NCBI RefSeq assembly: GCF_001194135.2 | Contig: NC_068981.1 | Span: 191,465,024-191,529,023 of the forward strand | Direction of reading: 5' to 3' | From: Octopus bimaculoides | Taxonomy: Eukaryota | Length of the DNA stretch: 64,000 nt | In this document: piece by piece, positions 12,585-24,020 of the stretch | How positions within the stretch are numbered: position 1 is the stretch's first letter | Layout: each line of letters starts with the position of its first letter | Notes under the pieces: model-generated | What the model was told of the DNA's origin: nothing | The model's input: only the letters and a program-made list of their open reading frames with translations | Database searches by the model: none | Made by a program: the position numbers and the translations under genes

Positions 12585-14554
12585 AACCCATGCTAGCATG
12601 GAAAGCGGACGTTAAACGATGATGATGATGATGATGATATATATATGACAGGCTTCTTTCGGTTTCCATCAACCAAATCCACTCAAAGCTTTGGTTGACT
12701 CTGTCCTATAGTAAAAAACACTTGTTCAAGGTACTGTGCCATGGGATTGAACTCAGGATCACATGGTTAGGAAGCAAGTTCTTACCCACTCAATAATGCC
12801 TGTGCCAAAAAAAAAAACATACATAAATAAATGCAAAAATGTCAAAAAATAAATTCTCAGAACTTTAAATACTATGATATTTTTTTTCTTTTTACATTCA
12901 TTGATCTCCAGCAAATACTGTTTCAACTCTAAATGCTGATTATTGATTGATGTTGATTTTTCATAATTTAAGAACAAGCTGAGTGTCCTTTAAAAGATTT
13001 GTTTTCTGAAGTTTTTGTGTTGATAAAATCCAATTTATTTCATAACATTTTCTTTAATTATTAAGATTATTTGTTATATTGTATTATTTAATGAATTGCA
13101 TTCATTTTTCAATTTTCAGTTTAAAATTTGAGAAAGTGGTCTTCAATTAAAACAAAAAGGTAAGGAGTACCGTTTATCCATAGTTTTTGTTTTCTTCAGG
13201 TAAACTTTAATTACATAATTCTGCTTATTACCTTCTTCATTCCTTAATTGTCATTCAGCTTAATTTCATCATCATCATTTCATTTAATGTTCACTTTTTT
13301 ATATTTGCATGGGTTTAACACAAATTGTTGAGGCAGATTTTCTGTGGATGGATTCTCTTCATCTGTTTCCAATCAAGGTAATACTTTCCCATTGTGAGAC
13401 ATGTTTTTTATGGAATACTGGAAACGAACAACCTCACTTAGATGACAACAGATGCTCATTTACAACCCTCACATGGTGTCTAGACATGGGCACACACACA
13501 CACACACAAACATGCAGTAGGCTACTTTCAGTTTCTATCTACCAAGTCTCTTCAGAAGGCCTTGGACAGCCCAGCGCTATAGTAAAAGACACTTGCCAAG
13601 ATGCCACACAGTTATATATTATTTACATATCTATAAATTATTTTTCATGTTTTTTGTATATCCAACATCATGTTTTTTTTTTCTTGATTCAGCACTATAT
13701 CATCAGACATTTATTAAAACCTAGCAAAAGTTTATTTAAATATTCTTATCTAACTCTATCATCTACTTGAAAATAATATTTGAAATGTTTAAAAGCCTAC
13801 TTCCTACAAAAACATACAATGAGAAAATAAAAGTATAAATTAAAATTAAACTGCTTGGTAGAAAATTGCTTTTTATGTTTTACACTTCCAACTAGGTCAT
13901 GCTCTTGTTTTCTCTTGACCTACGAAGGTTACTACCACTTGTTAATACAATGAGAAATTTCTTAAAAATAGCTCACTTAAAATATCAATAACTTAACCGT
14001 AGTTGTATTTAGCATTCTACATTGCATAAAAAAAGCTGTCTTGTATTTAATACCAAAACAAAAAACAAAAAAAACAGAAGCAACTAATATGGATTAATGA
14101 CTTTATTTTAATTAACCATAGAGTGTCTTATGTGACAGCTAATATATTTTGTCGTATGGATTGTCCTTGCAGGAAATGTGTCCTTATTTGAATGCCATAA
14201 TCATGCAGTTTAATTTGCTTTTACTTGAGGCTTGTACCTACATTGAGAGGCAAACAAACTGAATGTTCTTCAAAATGAAATTTGTTCTACATTGATGCAT
14301 CATACTCTCAACTGCAATAATATTGCAAACATTAATAAATCTTCTGACAGTGATTCTCACTCATTGTTTACTGGCCATCATTGTGGATTTCAAAATGTAT
14401 CACGTTCATAAGTACTCTACATATGTTGCAATGTCAAATTGTCTTTGTTCAAACATCAGTCAATCAATTTCATCTTTCTTTGCTGGCATATCATAATTCA
14501 AGACTACTTTGTCCAGTACATTCATATATTTTTAAAATCGCAAAAGTAGTTTTA

Positions 14555-14740
14555 GGGAAGGTGCATGGCCTAGGTGTCAGGGTATTGCATTTACAATTGC
14601 AAGTTTGTGGTTTCAGTTCCCTAACTGGGCAGTGTGCTGTGTTCTTGAGCAAAACACTTTTTTTCACATCACTCCAATTCACTCAGTTGTAAATGAATAG
14701 CCCTATGATAGACTGGTCACCTGTCCAAGTGGGAACGTGA
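14555..14740 (+). mobile_element. tRNA-derived SINE of a different family (CORE/V-like central region); second copy at about 59745-59900
   Basis: A/B-box-like head, then TTGAGCAA-(G/A)CACTT..TTCA....CTCCA-T-CACTCAG-T-AAATG shared by both copies. Confidence 0.55.
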
Positions 14741-15679
14741 TCTTGGTCACTTATATGCCACGGAAACCAGCCCTATCTTATCGTAGGACTAATGTTCATG
14801 CTAAACAGTAATGTTCAGGGGTTGATAGTTTTCAGAATATTTGGTTGCTATTTTTTGCATATCTAGCAACTGTGTGTGGTATCTTTCTTTGTCTCATGAT
14901 CTCCATAAAGAATGATTTCTACTAACACAGGCACATGGTCAGAAATTGAAGGAAAGGAACTGTTGATTATGTCAACCCCAGTATTTGACTGATATTTTAT
15001 AGACCCCACGATGATAAAAGGTAATTTTGGTCTTGACAGTTTTTGAACTCCAAACATAAAGTGCCATAACTAAATACCGCAAAGTATTTGGTCCAATTCT
15101 GTTATTTCAGAAAACATTAAATATATGAACAAATCACACCATCTCTGCACTCTCTCCATCATTCTTTGACCATTGGTGCTGGTGCAACATAGAAAGCATT
15201 CAGCATTCTTTGTAAAAGATCNNNNNNNNNNCCCCCCAAAAAAAAACTTTCATAAATTTCTATCATTTTCACAGATGTAATGGAGCATTATTCTCGTATC
15301 TGGAATAGATTTCCTACTTCAAATACTGGCATCAGTTTGTCAATTAAAATATTCAGGAAACCATACTTGACAAATTCTCCTTCACTTTTGGTTGTGATGA
15401 TATCATCACTCTGCCTCTTTCAACGTTATAGCACCATCTGCTCTTCCAAACTTACCGGCTTGGTTTCATTCAGGGTATGGTAGCTGTAGAAGAGACAAAT
15501 ATTGTAGTTGTTTCTCTTGTAAACAGTGTGTCTTCCTAAGCCCAGCAGTTTTCATTTGTGTATATTTCTTAATAGCAGGGAGTTGATGTTTATCTGCAGG
15601 CCAGTCATGATTATTGCATTTATCAACTTTTTAGCAAATCAGGGACGACATTCCATAATACCTCTTTTATTTAAAATAT

Positions 15680-16320
15680 CGTCATCATCATTGAACATTC
15701 GTTTTCCATGCTGGCATGGGTTGGATGGTTTGATCAGAGTTGGAGCCCACACCAGATCCCATTGTCTGTTTTGGCATGGTTTCTATGGCTGGATGCCCTT
15801 CCTAATGCCAACCACTTTACAGTATGTACTTTGTGCATTTTATATAGTACCAGCACCAGTGCTTTATATGTGGTCCAGTGCCAGTATCAAGTCTGCTGTG
15901 GTGGACAGGTGTTCTTCAGTACAATATTTCGTCCCATATCTTCTTAGGTCTCCCTCTTCCACTTTGATTAGCACTTCTGCATGCAACTGTCTACATCTAT
16001 ACACATCACATGACCAAACCAGTGCAGTCTTCTCTCTCACGCACTGCATCTAATTCCTCTTATGCCCAACTTTTCTCTCAATGCACTAATTGTCTGTCAC
16101 ACATGTACAGACATTGCATATCTAGCGGAGCATACTAGCTTCGTTCCTCTCTAACCTTCACATGTTTTCTACATTCAGGGCCATCTTACAACCATGTAGC
16201 ATTGCTATTCGTACACATACATCATACAATCTTCCTTTCACTGAGAAAGAGACCTTTAGTTGCCAACAGATAAAAGCTCTCTGAAATTTCTCCATCTCAT
16301 TCTTTTGATGCATCTTCCCC
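15680..16320 (-). mobile_element. Degenerate RTE 3' fragment
   Basis: RTE terminus at about 15680-15870 followed by degraded ORF2 C-terminal sequence (VREK..LVWSCDV, KLG) homologous to 11.7-12.1 kb. Confidence 0.75.
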
Positions 16321-17391
16321 AACAGCTAGTAAAATGTAATTTGAGGGATTTTGGCTGTTATTTCTAGCTGATTTTGCATGTTGTACTCTTCTATGCTATG
16401 TATTTCCACCAAAATACTAACCTCTTTCATCTGTTTTATTCCTTTCTCCTTGACAATGATTTTTAAAAATTAATTCATTACTATGATCTACCAACTGATA
16501 AATTCAGATAGTCTCTTCTTTCTGTGTTCATGGTCACTATACTCTACAAATGACCACTAAATTATAAAGAGCTTATCCAGCCTAAGTCACTGTCATCGTG
16601 TTTGAAATCATCTCTCAAATCAAGATTTTAGTGAACCAAAACTGTTTTATTTCAAAGTATTTTTTCTTGAGTCTTCAGTGAAATACATCTTATTTACAAT
16701 CAAATTACCATCAATTGAATGTCTACTTTTCCATGCTTGTTCATTCAGACAGATTTTCTACCACTAGATGCCCTTCTTGCTAGCCCTCACCTGTAATATT
16801 TCTCCATGATCAGACATGTTTTCACAGGATATTGGAAACGAATGACACTAACACTCATTTACCACTACCACAAGACGTCAAACCAAGAAGACACAAATAT
16901 ACATATACAACTAGCTTCTTTCACTGCCAAATCTGCTCATAAAGCTTTAGTTGTCCCGGAGTTATAGTAGAGGACACTTGCCCAAAGGTGTCATGGAACT
17001 GAACTCAAAATCAAGCGGTTGAAAAGCAATTTTCTTGACCACACTGCCAGGCCTTCATCTATCTACAATCATATTATATGTGTGTGTATGTGAACAGTTT
17101 GAATTATTTGTGTAAACAATTTTTTGTCTTTACACTGAAATACACAATGGAAATAACTTATTCTATGATCAACTTATCCTTAGTTGCTACGGAAACTGAT
17201 ATCCCAAACTCAGATAAAAATTATATTATGTCAACAGGCAGGCTATAGAAATATTGAACATGCTCTTTCATTGAATTGGGATAGATATATATATCCCATT
17301 GTAGTTTAAAGCTACATTCCTCTCTACTGTAGTACTTGTCAGGTGAAGGGGATTTTAGTCGTGTGAGCTAGATGGTAACTCACTAGTGCTA

Positions 17392-17617
17392 GTTGTCCGG
17401 AAAGTTCATGCCGATTTATGGTAGCTTACCTTTCGACTTATTTGCCATGAAACCACCTCAATTCTGGGAAGAGGGTATTTTCAAGTTAAAGGAAAGATGG
17501 AGATGCATTGTGCAACAAAATGGTTCATATTTGGTTGATTAAAAATGTAATGGCAAGTATTTATTGACCTTTTTCTTTCCTTTAAAAATCGGCATGAACT
17601 TTCCGGACAACCCAATA
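17392..17617. mobile_element. Mariner-derived MITE (about 225 bp)
   Basis: Perfect 26-bp inverted repeat GTTGTCCGGAAAGTTCATGCCGATTT (17392-17417) / AAATCGGCATGAACTTTCCGGACAAC (17586-17611). Right end continues CCAATA (mariner-like TATTGGGTTG terminus with TA). Confidence 0.85.
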
Positions 17618-18831
17618 TATACTCAGTAAAATCGGTGTTGGGAAGGGCATCAAACCAATCTACGTCAGCATGGAGGACATTAAATGAAGATGATGATATT
17701 CAATCCAGTCTCTAATAAACTAGGTTACCAACTTCCTTGCTGCATTAGGATTGTGCTGAACAGCATGTCAAAGCCTATAACACATTGAATTTGAGCTCCA
17801 CAAACTTAATCTATTGGCTTTTTTCACCCTTTTCTATGATGTTAATCTGAAGCACTCCCGAGACAGGTTATCATTTTTCACTTCAGCCTTTTTCATGTGA
17901 TGCATCTGACCAATGGAAATTTTGACTTCAGAAGGAATACTAACCTAGTCGTGACACATGAATCACTCAAAATCCTTAAACTAACTACAAATGCTAGGCC
18001 TTACAATTTCTCGTGATCTTGCATGGCATCATTAAATCTGCAATATTGCTAAAATATCATCCAAATGTCTGATGCTTTCTTGAACAGTTATAATCTACAT
18101 TTAGCGTACTGTTTACCTATCTGAGGCAGTGCTACAGCTGTTACACATCAAAAAAAGGCTACCAACTGATTGAGAGATGTTTATATATAACCAATAATGC
18201 AAAGACAGTTGTCTCTTATTCTTCTACTGAAAATAACGCCTGTTCAAACTCCACCACCCTCTCTTCTCTCACCATTCTTATTATGTTCCATCTCTCCTCC
18301 TCCTCCATTTCTTCCATAACTATAAAATTTCTGTTACTGCTCTCTCTGCCCACGTTTTTTCCTGCAGGGATCAACCTATACAAAATCAATAGAATATCAA
18401 GCACACCAATTTGAAAGGATTTGCAGTTTAAAGGTGTCACCCTTATTCTTTAGACTAAATTTTTTTTTTTTAATCAATCAAATAGCCACAAAATCCAGCA
18501 TCTCATTATATGTACAAATAGCAACTATTTCAGCTTCCTTCAGAATACAACTTACTTGATTAGAACTCTTTAAATTTGGTAGTAAAAGTAAAATTGAAGG
18601 CGACTGCTTCAAAGTTATATATCTGAAGTCATGAAGCCAATCTGTTAGTAAAGGAATGATATATATACATATATATTTTCCCACACATGCACATGATGCA
18701 GTTGGATTGGTGACTGTTTTTTACTGGAAAAGAGGAATTAATTTTGTAACAAAATTTATTGGTTAAAGTTTTGCATTATCATCATCATTGTTGTTTAATA
18801 TACAAGTACACTCTCTCACTGAGCTGTGGAC

Positions 18832-19598
18832 ATGAAATTAAGGTCGTTTACGTTAAATTTCGTTATACAAGCGCTAAATGTTAGGTATAAAAAGAGAATC
18901 ACTCGATACTGAGTAGATAAGAACTTGTAAAATTTTGCGGTTTCGTTGTTTAACTTTACTCATCAAGAAACAATTGTTATCAAATGATAAAATTGATAAT
19001 AAAGGTTATGTTTAAAGATATATTAACTATAAGTAGTGAGATCAGAATTATGATAAATGAAGCTGAAAAAATTCATGTAATTTATCAATTCACGTAAAGA
19101 CTTAGACCCACCAAATGGAGTTGATTATCAATATATTGATTTGTTTTGACTAGCTGCATGGTTCGAGATATATTGTACAGGTAAATGGGATGTTATGATG
19201 TCCATGCTTTTTCTTCTTTTTTTTGGTCAAAACTATCAATTAAAAGGTGAAATGAAATCAAACAGCAAATGCCAAAACAATATTTAATTTATAATAAATC
19301 AGTGTTGTTTAAAATAATTATGAAATATTTTTTTGATCACCATTAATTAATGTACTAATTTGAAATATATATAGCTTGTATTTCGGAATTTTTAACCTTA
19401 ATGTTGTGTGTGTGTATATATACATAAAATATCTTTGCTCTGTCAGCCAGGAGATGAAAAGGAAATCTTGACATCGTGAATAAGTTTTCTTCCCTTGTAG
19501 ACTATCCGTATGATTCTCTCGTTAGCTTTTTACAAACAGCTGCATTTGAAATGTATGTTGTGTTGTTCAGCTGAAAAATGGCGGATAGAGAACATTTG
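18832..19598 (+). CDS. Putative upstream exons of the same microexon gene (18832-18884, 19037-19076, 19154-19180, 19501-19598); reading frame ambiguous
   Basis: Good splice sites at 19154-19180 (TTTTGACTAG / CAG|GTAAAT) and at 19501 (TTTTCTTCCCTTGTAG) and 19598 (TTG|GTAAAT); weaker sites for the first two. One frame is open through all four exons, but an alternative start (AAAA-ATG-GCG, 19578) competes. Confidence 0.35.
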
Positions 19599-19820
19599 GT
19601 AAATGAAAGATTCAAATTTGTTCTGAGTTATGTCTTATATAGAATTTATATGCACATACGTTAGTTTTGTTTACTAAATATAATTGTATAAATGCTTTAT
19701 CTTTGCAGTTTTTGAAAGAATCAAGTGATGTTTTTACGCCAAAAACATTAATTGCTCTCTATAAAAAATACCCACTGAAAGCGATGCTGTGATGGAAAAA
19801 CACAAATTACTGAATGTTAG

Positions 19821-20727
19821 GGCACAAATTAACAAGCATGTCGAAAAAACAATTATGGTAAGTTTTAATTTCATTTAATAAATTTGTTTAAGAAAACGTT
19901 TTTTCTTTTATATTCGACTCGAGCTTAATTTATACTGATACTTGAGTTAAATGTAATTCCATTGTTTTTGAATCACTGTGACACCAGTCTATATTTAAAA
20001 AAAGCATTTTGAATATTTAGAAACGTTTTAAAGCCAAGCGTTTGTTTTACCATCGCCTGCCTTTACAGATAAATCAGGTCCTAAGAGGTACGATTGAAGA
20101 TGACTAGGTTAGAGCTGCAAATATGATAATGGAGAAGGTCATATTTCTGGCATTCTCTAGACCTCCTTGTTTCACTTCGATTCACATGAATTTGACGAAA
20201 ATATATATATATATATATATACCAACATTATTAAAAACTTATCGAATCTGTACATAAACGAAAGTGAGCGCATAGAAACAACATACAATATTCACCCAAT
20301 CCACCAATAAATCATTTTTACATAAATGACAACTAAGATTAATTAAACTGAGTTAATTACCGTTTTATTGGATATTTCATAAGCATAAACACAGCATACT
20401 TTACAGTTTTTTTTTTAGACATTCGTAGTTCCCTCATGTCCAAGTCATTATTTTACGAGCCAAATGAGGTAACTAACCAGTGATTGCTAAAATTAACTGA
20501 ACATGATTACTAAATTAAATTATACATTTTATAAACAATATAACATCGTACTATAAAATTTTTGAGACATTCGCGAAGTCTAGCATGTCTCATTTTCTAT
20601 GCGGTACCTTCCAATTTGTATCGGAGGTGTTTGATTACGTACAGATTCGATAGCTTTATCTTAAAACATTAATTAGCTTTTGTGTCAGGATATGTCAAAA
20701 GTATTAAGATTCGCTAAACCGCGTTAA
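19821..20727 (+). CDS. 3' end of an unidentified microexon gene: exon ending 19857, then 20069-20087, 20419-20468, 20689-20727 (..AQINKHVEKTIM|INQVLRD|IRSSLMSKSLFYEPNE|DMSKVLRFAKPR*)
   Basis: Four consecutive phase-compatible exons. Donors ATG|GTAAGT, GAG|GTACGA, GAG|GTAACT; acceptors CTGCCTTTACAG, T10-AG, GCTTTTGTGTCAG. Ends in TAA, with AATAAA at 20880-20885. No homologue recognised. Confidence 0.6.
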
Positions 20728-22559
20728 TTTTTCATCCAGCCATTGATAGCCTCCCTTAGCACATGGCTGAAGAGATAATGAATGTCAGAATATTCATTTT
20801 CTGCAATATTTTAATTAGATACACATTTAGAATTACTTAACAACACCTATTTAAAGACGAGCTAGAAAACGTGTGCTGAAATAAATAGCTTTGTTAATTC
20901 TTCTAAGTTATGTTTTGACATGTAAACCATTCATTTCGATTCATATTTTCCAAGTCGACTAGATTATTGTCAGCAACTGGAGTAATTTAGTTACAATGGT
21001 GTTTTCTCTTTTCTCTATCTGCCAAAAATAAAGTGAATCAGCAAGAATGGCATCTCTTCATATGCGAAAGTTCATGTATGGAACCGCTCCATAATCGTTC
21101 AATGTGCTAAAAATAGCAGCAAAATTGCCTCCAAAGATAACCTACCATCTTATAAAAGGATACGTTATGTCTTGTAGTCCGAGGTTTGCCATACATTGCA
21201 GGGGAAAAGACGATGAAATGGTCATTGTTGGGATGCTTTTGATCATAGGGTTGCTCTAACGTGTGGTTAAACAACACAATAGCTTCATATTTGTTACGGT
21301 TTCAAATTCTGGCAGTGCTGCCCAATTCAAATTTTGGAACCAGGAAATGATGATCGGTTAGTAATTTTCTGATCTCGCTCATCACACATGAACATTGAAT
21401 CATAATTATATTGAAAGCCATATTTATTTATAATTAAATGAATATGTTCTTGTCTGCACCTGCTTTACTGTATTCAAACTGATATGTGAATAAAGCAAAG
21501 TAGATCTATTTTACCTTTACAATAATATCAACGTCGATGATACACAATTATATATATGATTTTTAAACGAGTGAATTTTCTACACCTTTCCTCTTCAATA
21601 CCAGAAAATCTATCATTTTCTTGATTCTGAAGTTGCATTATCTTCTTAAATTACTGTTATTATTCAATAACCTGGTGGTTTTAGGTGATTTTAAAGTAAC
21701 ACAAATTATTCTGTTTCTGTGAGATCCAAAAATTCGCCAAGAAATGATCAATGAAGACAAAAGGTTATTTTTCCCCCTTTCATTTTAAAGCTATAAAACC
21801 ATCTAAAACTACCTCTATATATAACCTGCACAATTCTCTTAATATCTCAAAAATAATATCCACTAAATTGTGACAATTTATGGAAGACGAGTGTGTAATC
21901 AGCAAAAGGAATGTTTGGACATTTCGACAATCAAAAGCTGGGATCTATATATATATATATATATATATATACATACACACAAAATGCTTACTGTAAAATC
22001 AGCGAACTAAATACTTTAGATTTATTATTTCGTACTACATCTTGAATATTTGAAGCGCGCACACACATTTATATATATCTTTTTGTATATGGAGGCATTT
22101 ACGTTTACTTTAACTGCATATTTTATAAGTCAAATGCTATTTTTTATGTTAAATCTCCTGTTAAATAATTAGTAAATCCTAATTAGAAGGCAGAAATATG
22201 ATCCCTCACTTTATAAGCGGGTTGCTTCTACTTCAATCATGGCTGGCTTCTGACTAGATTTTTCTCTTCAAAATTTCTTTTAAAATTATAATAAACATCT
22301 TCTTTACTTAGAAATACATAATTAACTTTATTAATAACATTATTATTATTTCACTAATAACTCTAATTTACAATATACAATTTAAACAGAAATCTCACAT
22401 AGAACATTAGTAAAAAGGATTTTTTTTTTTGTCTTTCATGTTATTATTTTACACGATAATTATGAAAATAACCAACAATTCTCTTGTATTTCCTCACCAA
22501 ATAATAGACATCGTTTAATTGATCTGATATTGATGTTTTGTGTTTCGTTGGTCGACTTT

Positions 22560-23157
22560 ATACCAATGTGTTTTAAGAACTCCTTAATATGGTCTCCGTC
22601 ACTGGTGCTTTGTCACTATCATTATTATTATTATCATTCGTTGGTGGAGAGAGAATTTCTCGATCAAATTCTTCGCGTGGGATACATTTCGAATCTGTAT
22701 TAATGGAGATAGAGTTATATTATAAAGGTTTACATTAAATAATAGTTGTTCCCAAGTAGCAAGCAGTACTTCGACATAACATCCGCGTCCGTCTTGTATT
22801 AATGGTTCTGGCTTCTTTGTAAAGTCTTCACCTCCGTATCTCTGCAGTTGGTGCTTTGTCTTATTTACACCCCCCCGATATATATATATATATATACTTT
22901 GGTTAGATCTATTTTTTTTTTGTTTGTTTGTTTCTAATCCCCTCTTAACAACACTGGTTCCTGTTAATTACTAATTTTTTTTGTTCTACCAAAGCCATCC
23001 AGTGAGTGAAACGAACGAGTTGGAAACCAGTGAATGAATGTGCGCGTATGTATGTGTGTGTGTTAGTTATCTGTCATGTGCGTGTGTGTGTTAGTGTGTG
23101 TTGATGTGACTGCGCGCGTGTGTATTAACTGGGTCATGTGGTACTCACTCAGGAAAC
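22560..23157. promoter_or_regulatory. Probable SETD2 promoter/5' UTR region, possibly bidirectional
   Basis: Directly upstream of the first coding exon. CpG/CGCG-rich relative to the SETD2 introns, with alternating purine-pyrimidine tracts (GCGCGT, GT runs) at about 23040-23125. TSS not determinable from sequence. Confidence 0.5.
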
Positions 23158-23222
23158 ATGGCTGACCAAAGTGAATCGGAAGAACTGGACGCCGATCGAA
23201 AGTCTTTTTCTACTCATTTACT
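23158..23222 (+). CDS. SETD2: SETD2 orthologue, probable first coding exon (MADQSESEELDADRKSFSTHL-L), ends in phase 2
   Basis: AAAC-ATG-G start context and strong donor CT|GTAAGT. CT joins the first G of the exon at 36145 to give CTG, continuing in frame into ENRNLSQQG. The exon sequence itself is not recognisably conserved, so the assignment rests on splice signals and phase. Confidence 0.7.
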
Positions 23223-23974
23223 GTAAGTTCATTAGTTATTTTTCACAAACCTTTTTCTTCCCTCACTGTCCGTTACATATATGTCGAAGTCGAAGCTACA
23301 TCAACCGAACATGTTTTCAGAAATGTGGAGAATTTCAACAAGACTATATATAATAACTATCATCTTCAGTCCTTCTCCCCCCTCTCTCTCACACTCTAAT
23401 CCTCAAAACCCGATCCACAATGTTTCTTGTGTCTGATGCGAGTTCCAACAATCACCATAGCCATTTTATTCCTATTTTCCTTGTCACCCAATCTTTTTTT
23501 GGTACATACTTTTGATATCGTTTGTTATTTAACAAGAGAACAGCACACTGCCTCTTTTTTTGTTTTTCACATTGCTTCTCTTGTCTGCCTTTAATGCGAT
23601 CCTGTTTGACAAGCCTACTAATATATATACATATACATACATTTACCTTTCAAACACTATCCTAGCTACACCATATTTATTTATTTATTTTCCACAACTC
23701 CCAAATATGTTTCTTGATTATCATAACTTTTTAAACACTTGACAGAAATTGTTATTTCCACAAACATACACATACCATGGTTTTCATAAGAGGAATGATT
23801 AGTCAACTCTGTCAACAAAATTTTACCAGTTCTTCTACAATAACATTATACATAGCATATAATATGGTTTTATTATTAGGATTTAGATATGTAAATAAAT
23901 ATAAAACATTATTACCATTAAGCCAGGACAGCTTTTATAGACAAGCTCTATTAATGTAACCATAATTCTGTGTG

Positions 23975-23979
<5 letters not shown>

Positions 23980-24017
<38 letters not shown>
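23980..24017. repeat. (TA)n microsatellite; similar runs at about 2887-2916, 9549-9582, 21945-21971, 25052-25095, 31869-31906, 46178-46213, 63983-64000
   Basis: Read directly. Confidence 0.95.

Positions 24018-24020
<3 letters not shown>

Noticed and set aside
14470-14525. Minus-strand LDKVVLNYDMP resembling the DEAD-box VINYDxP motif
   Set aside because: Not followed by the HRIGRTGR motif VI and surrounded by stops; likely chance.
19572-19574. In-frame TGA as selenocysteine (..VVLFS*KMADREHL)
   Set aside because: No SECIS recognised downstream, no redox-motif context, and simpler explanations exist (ATG at 19578 or another open frame).
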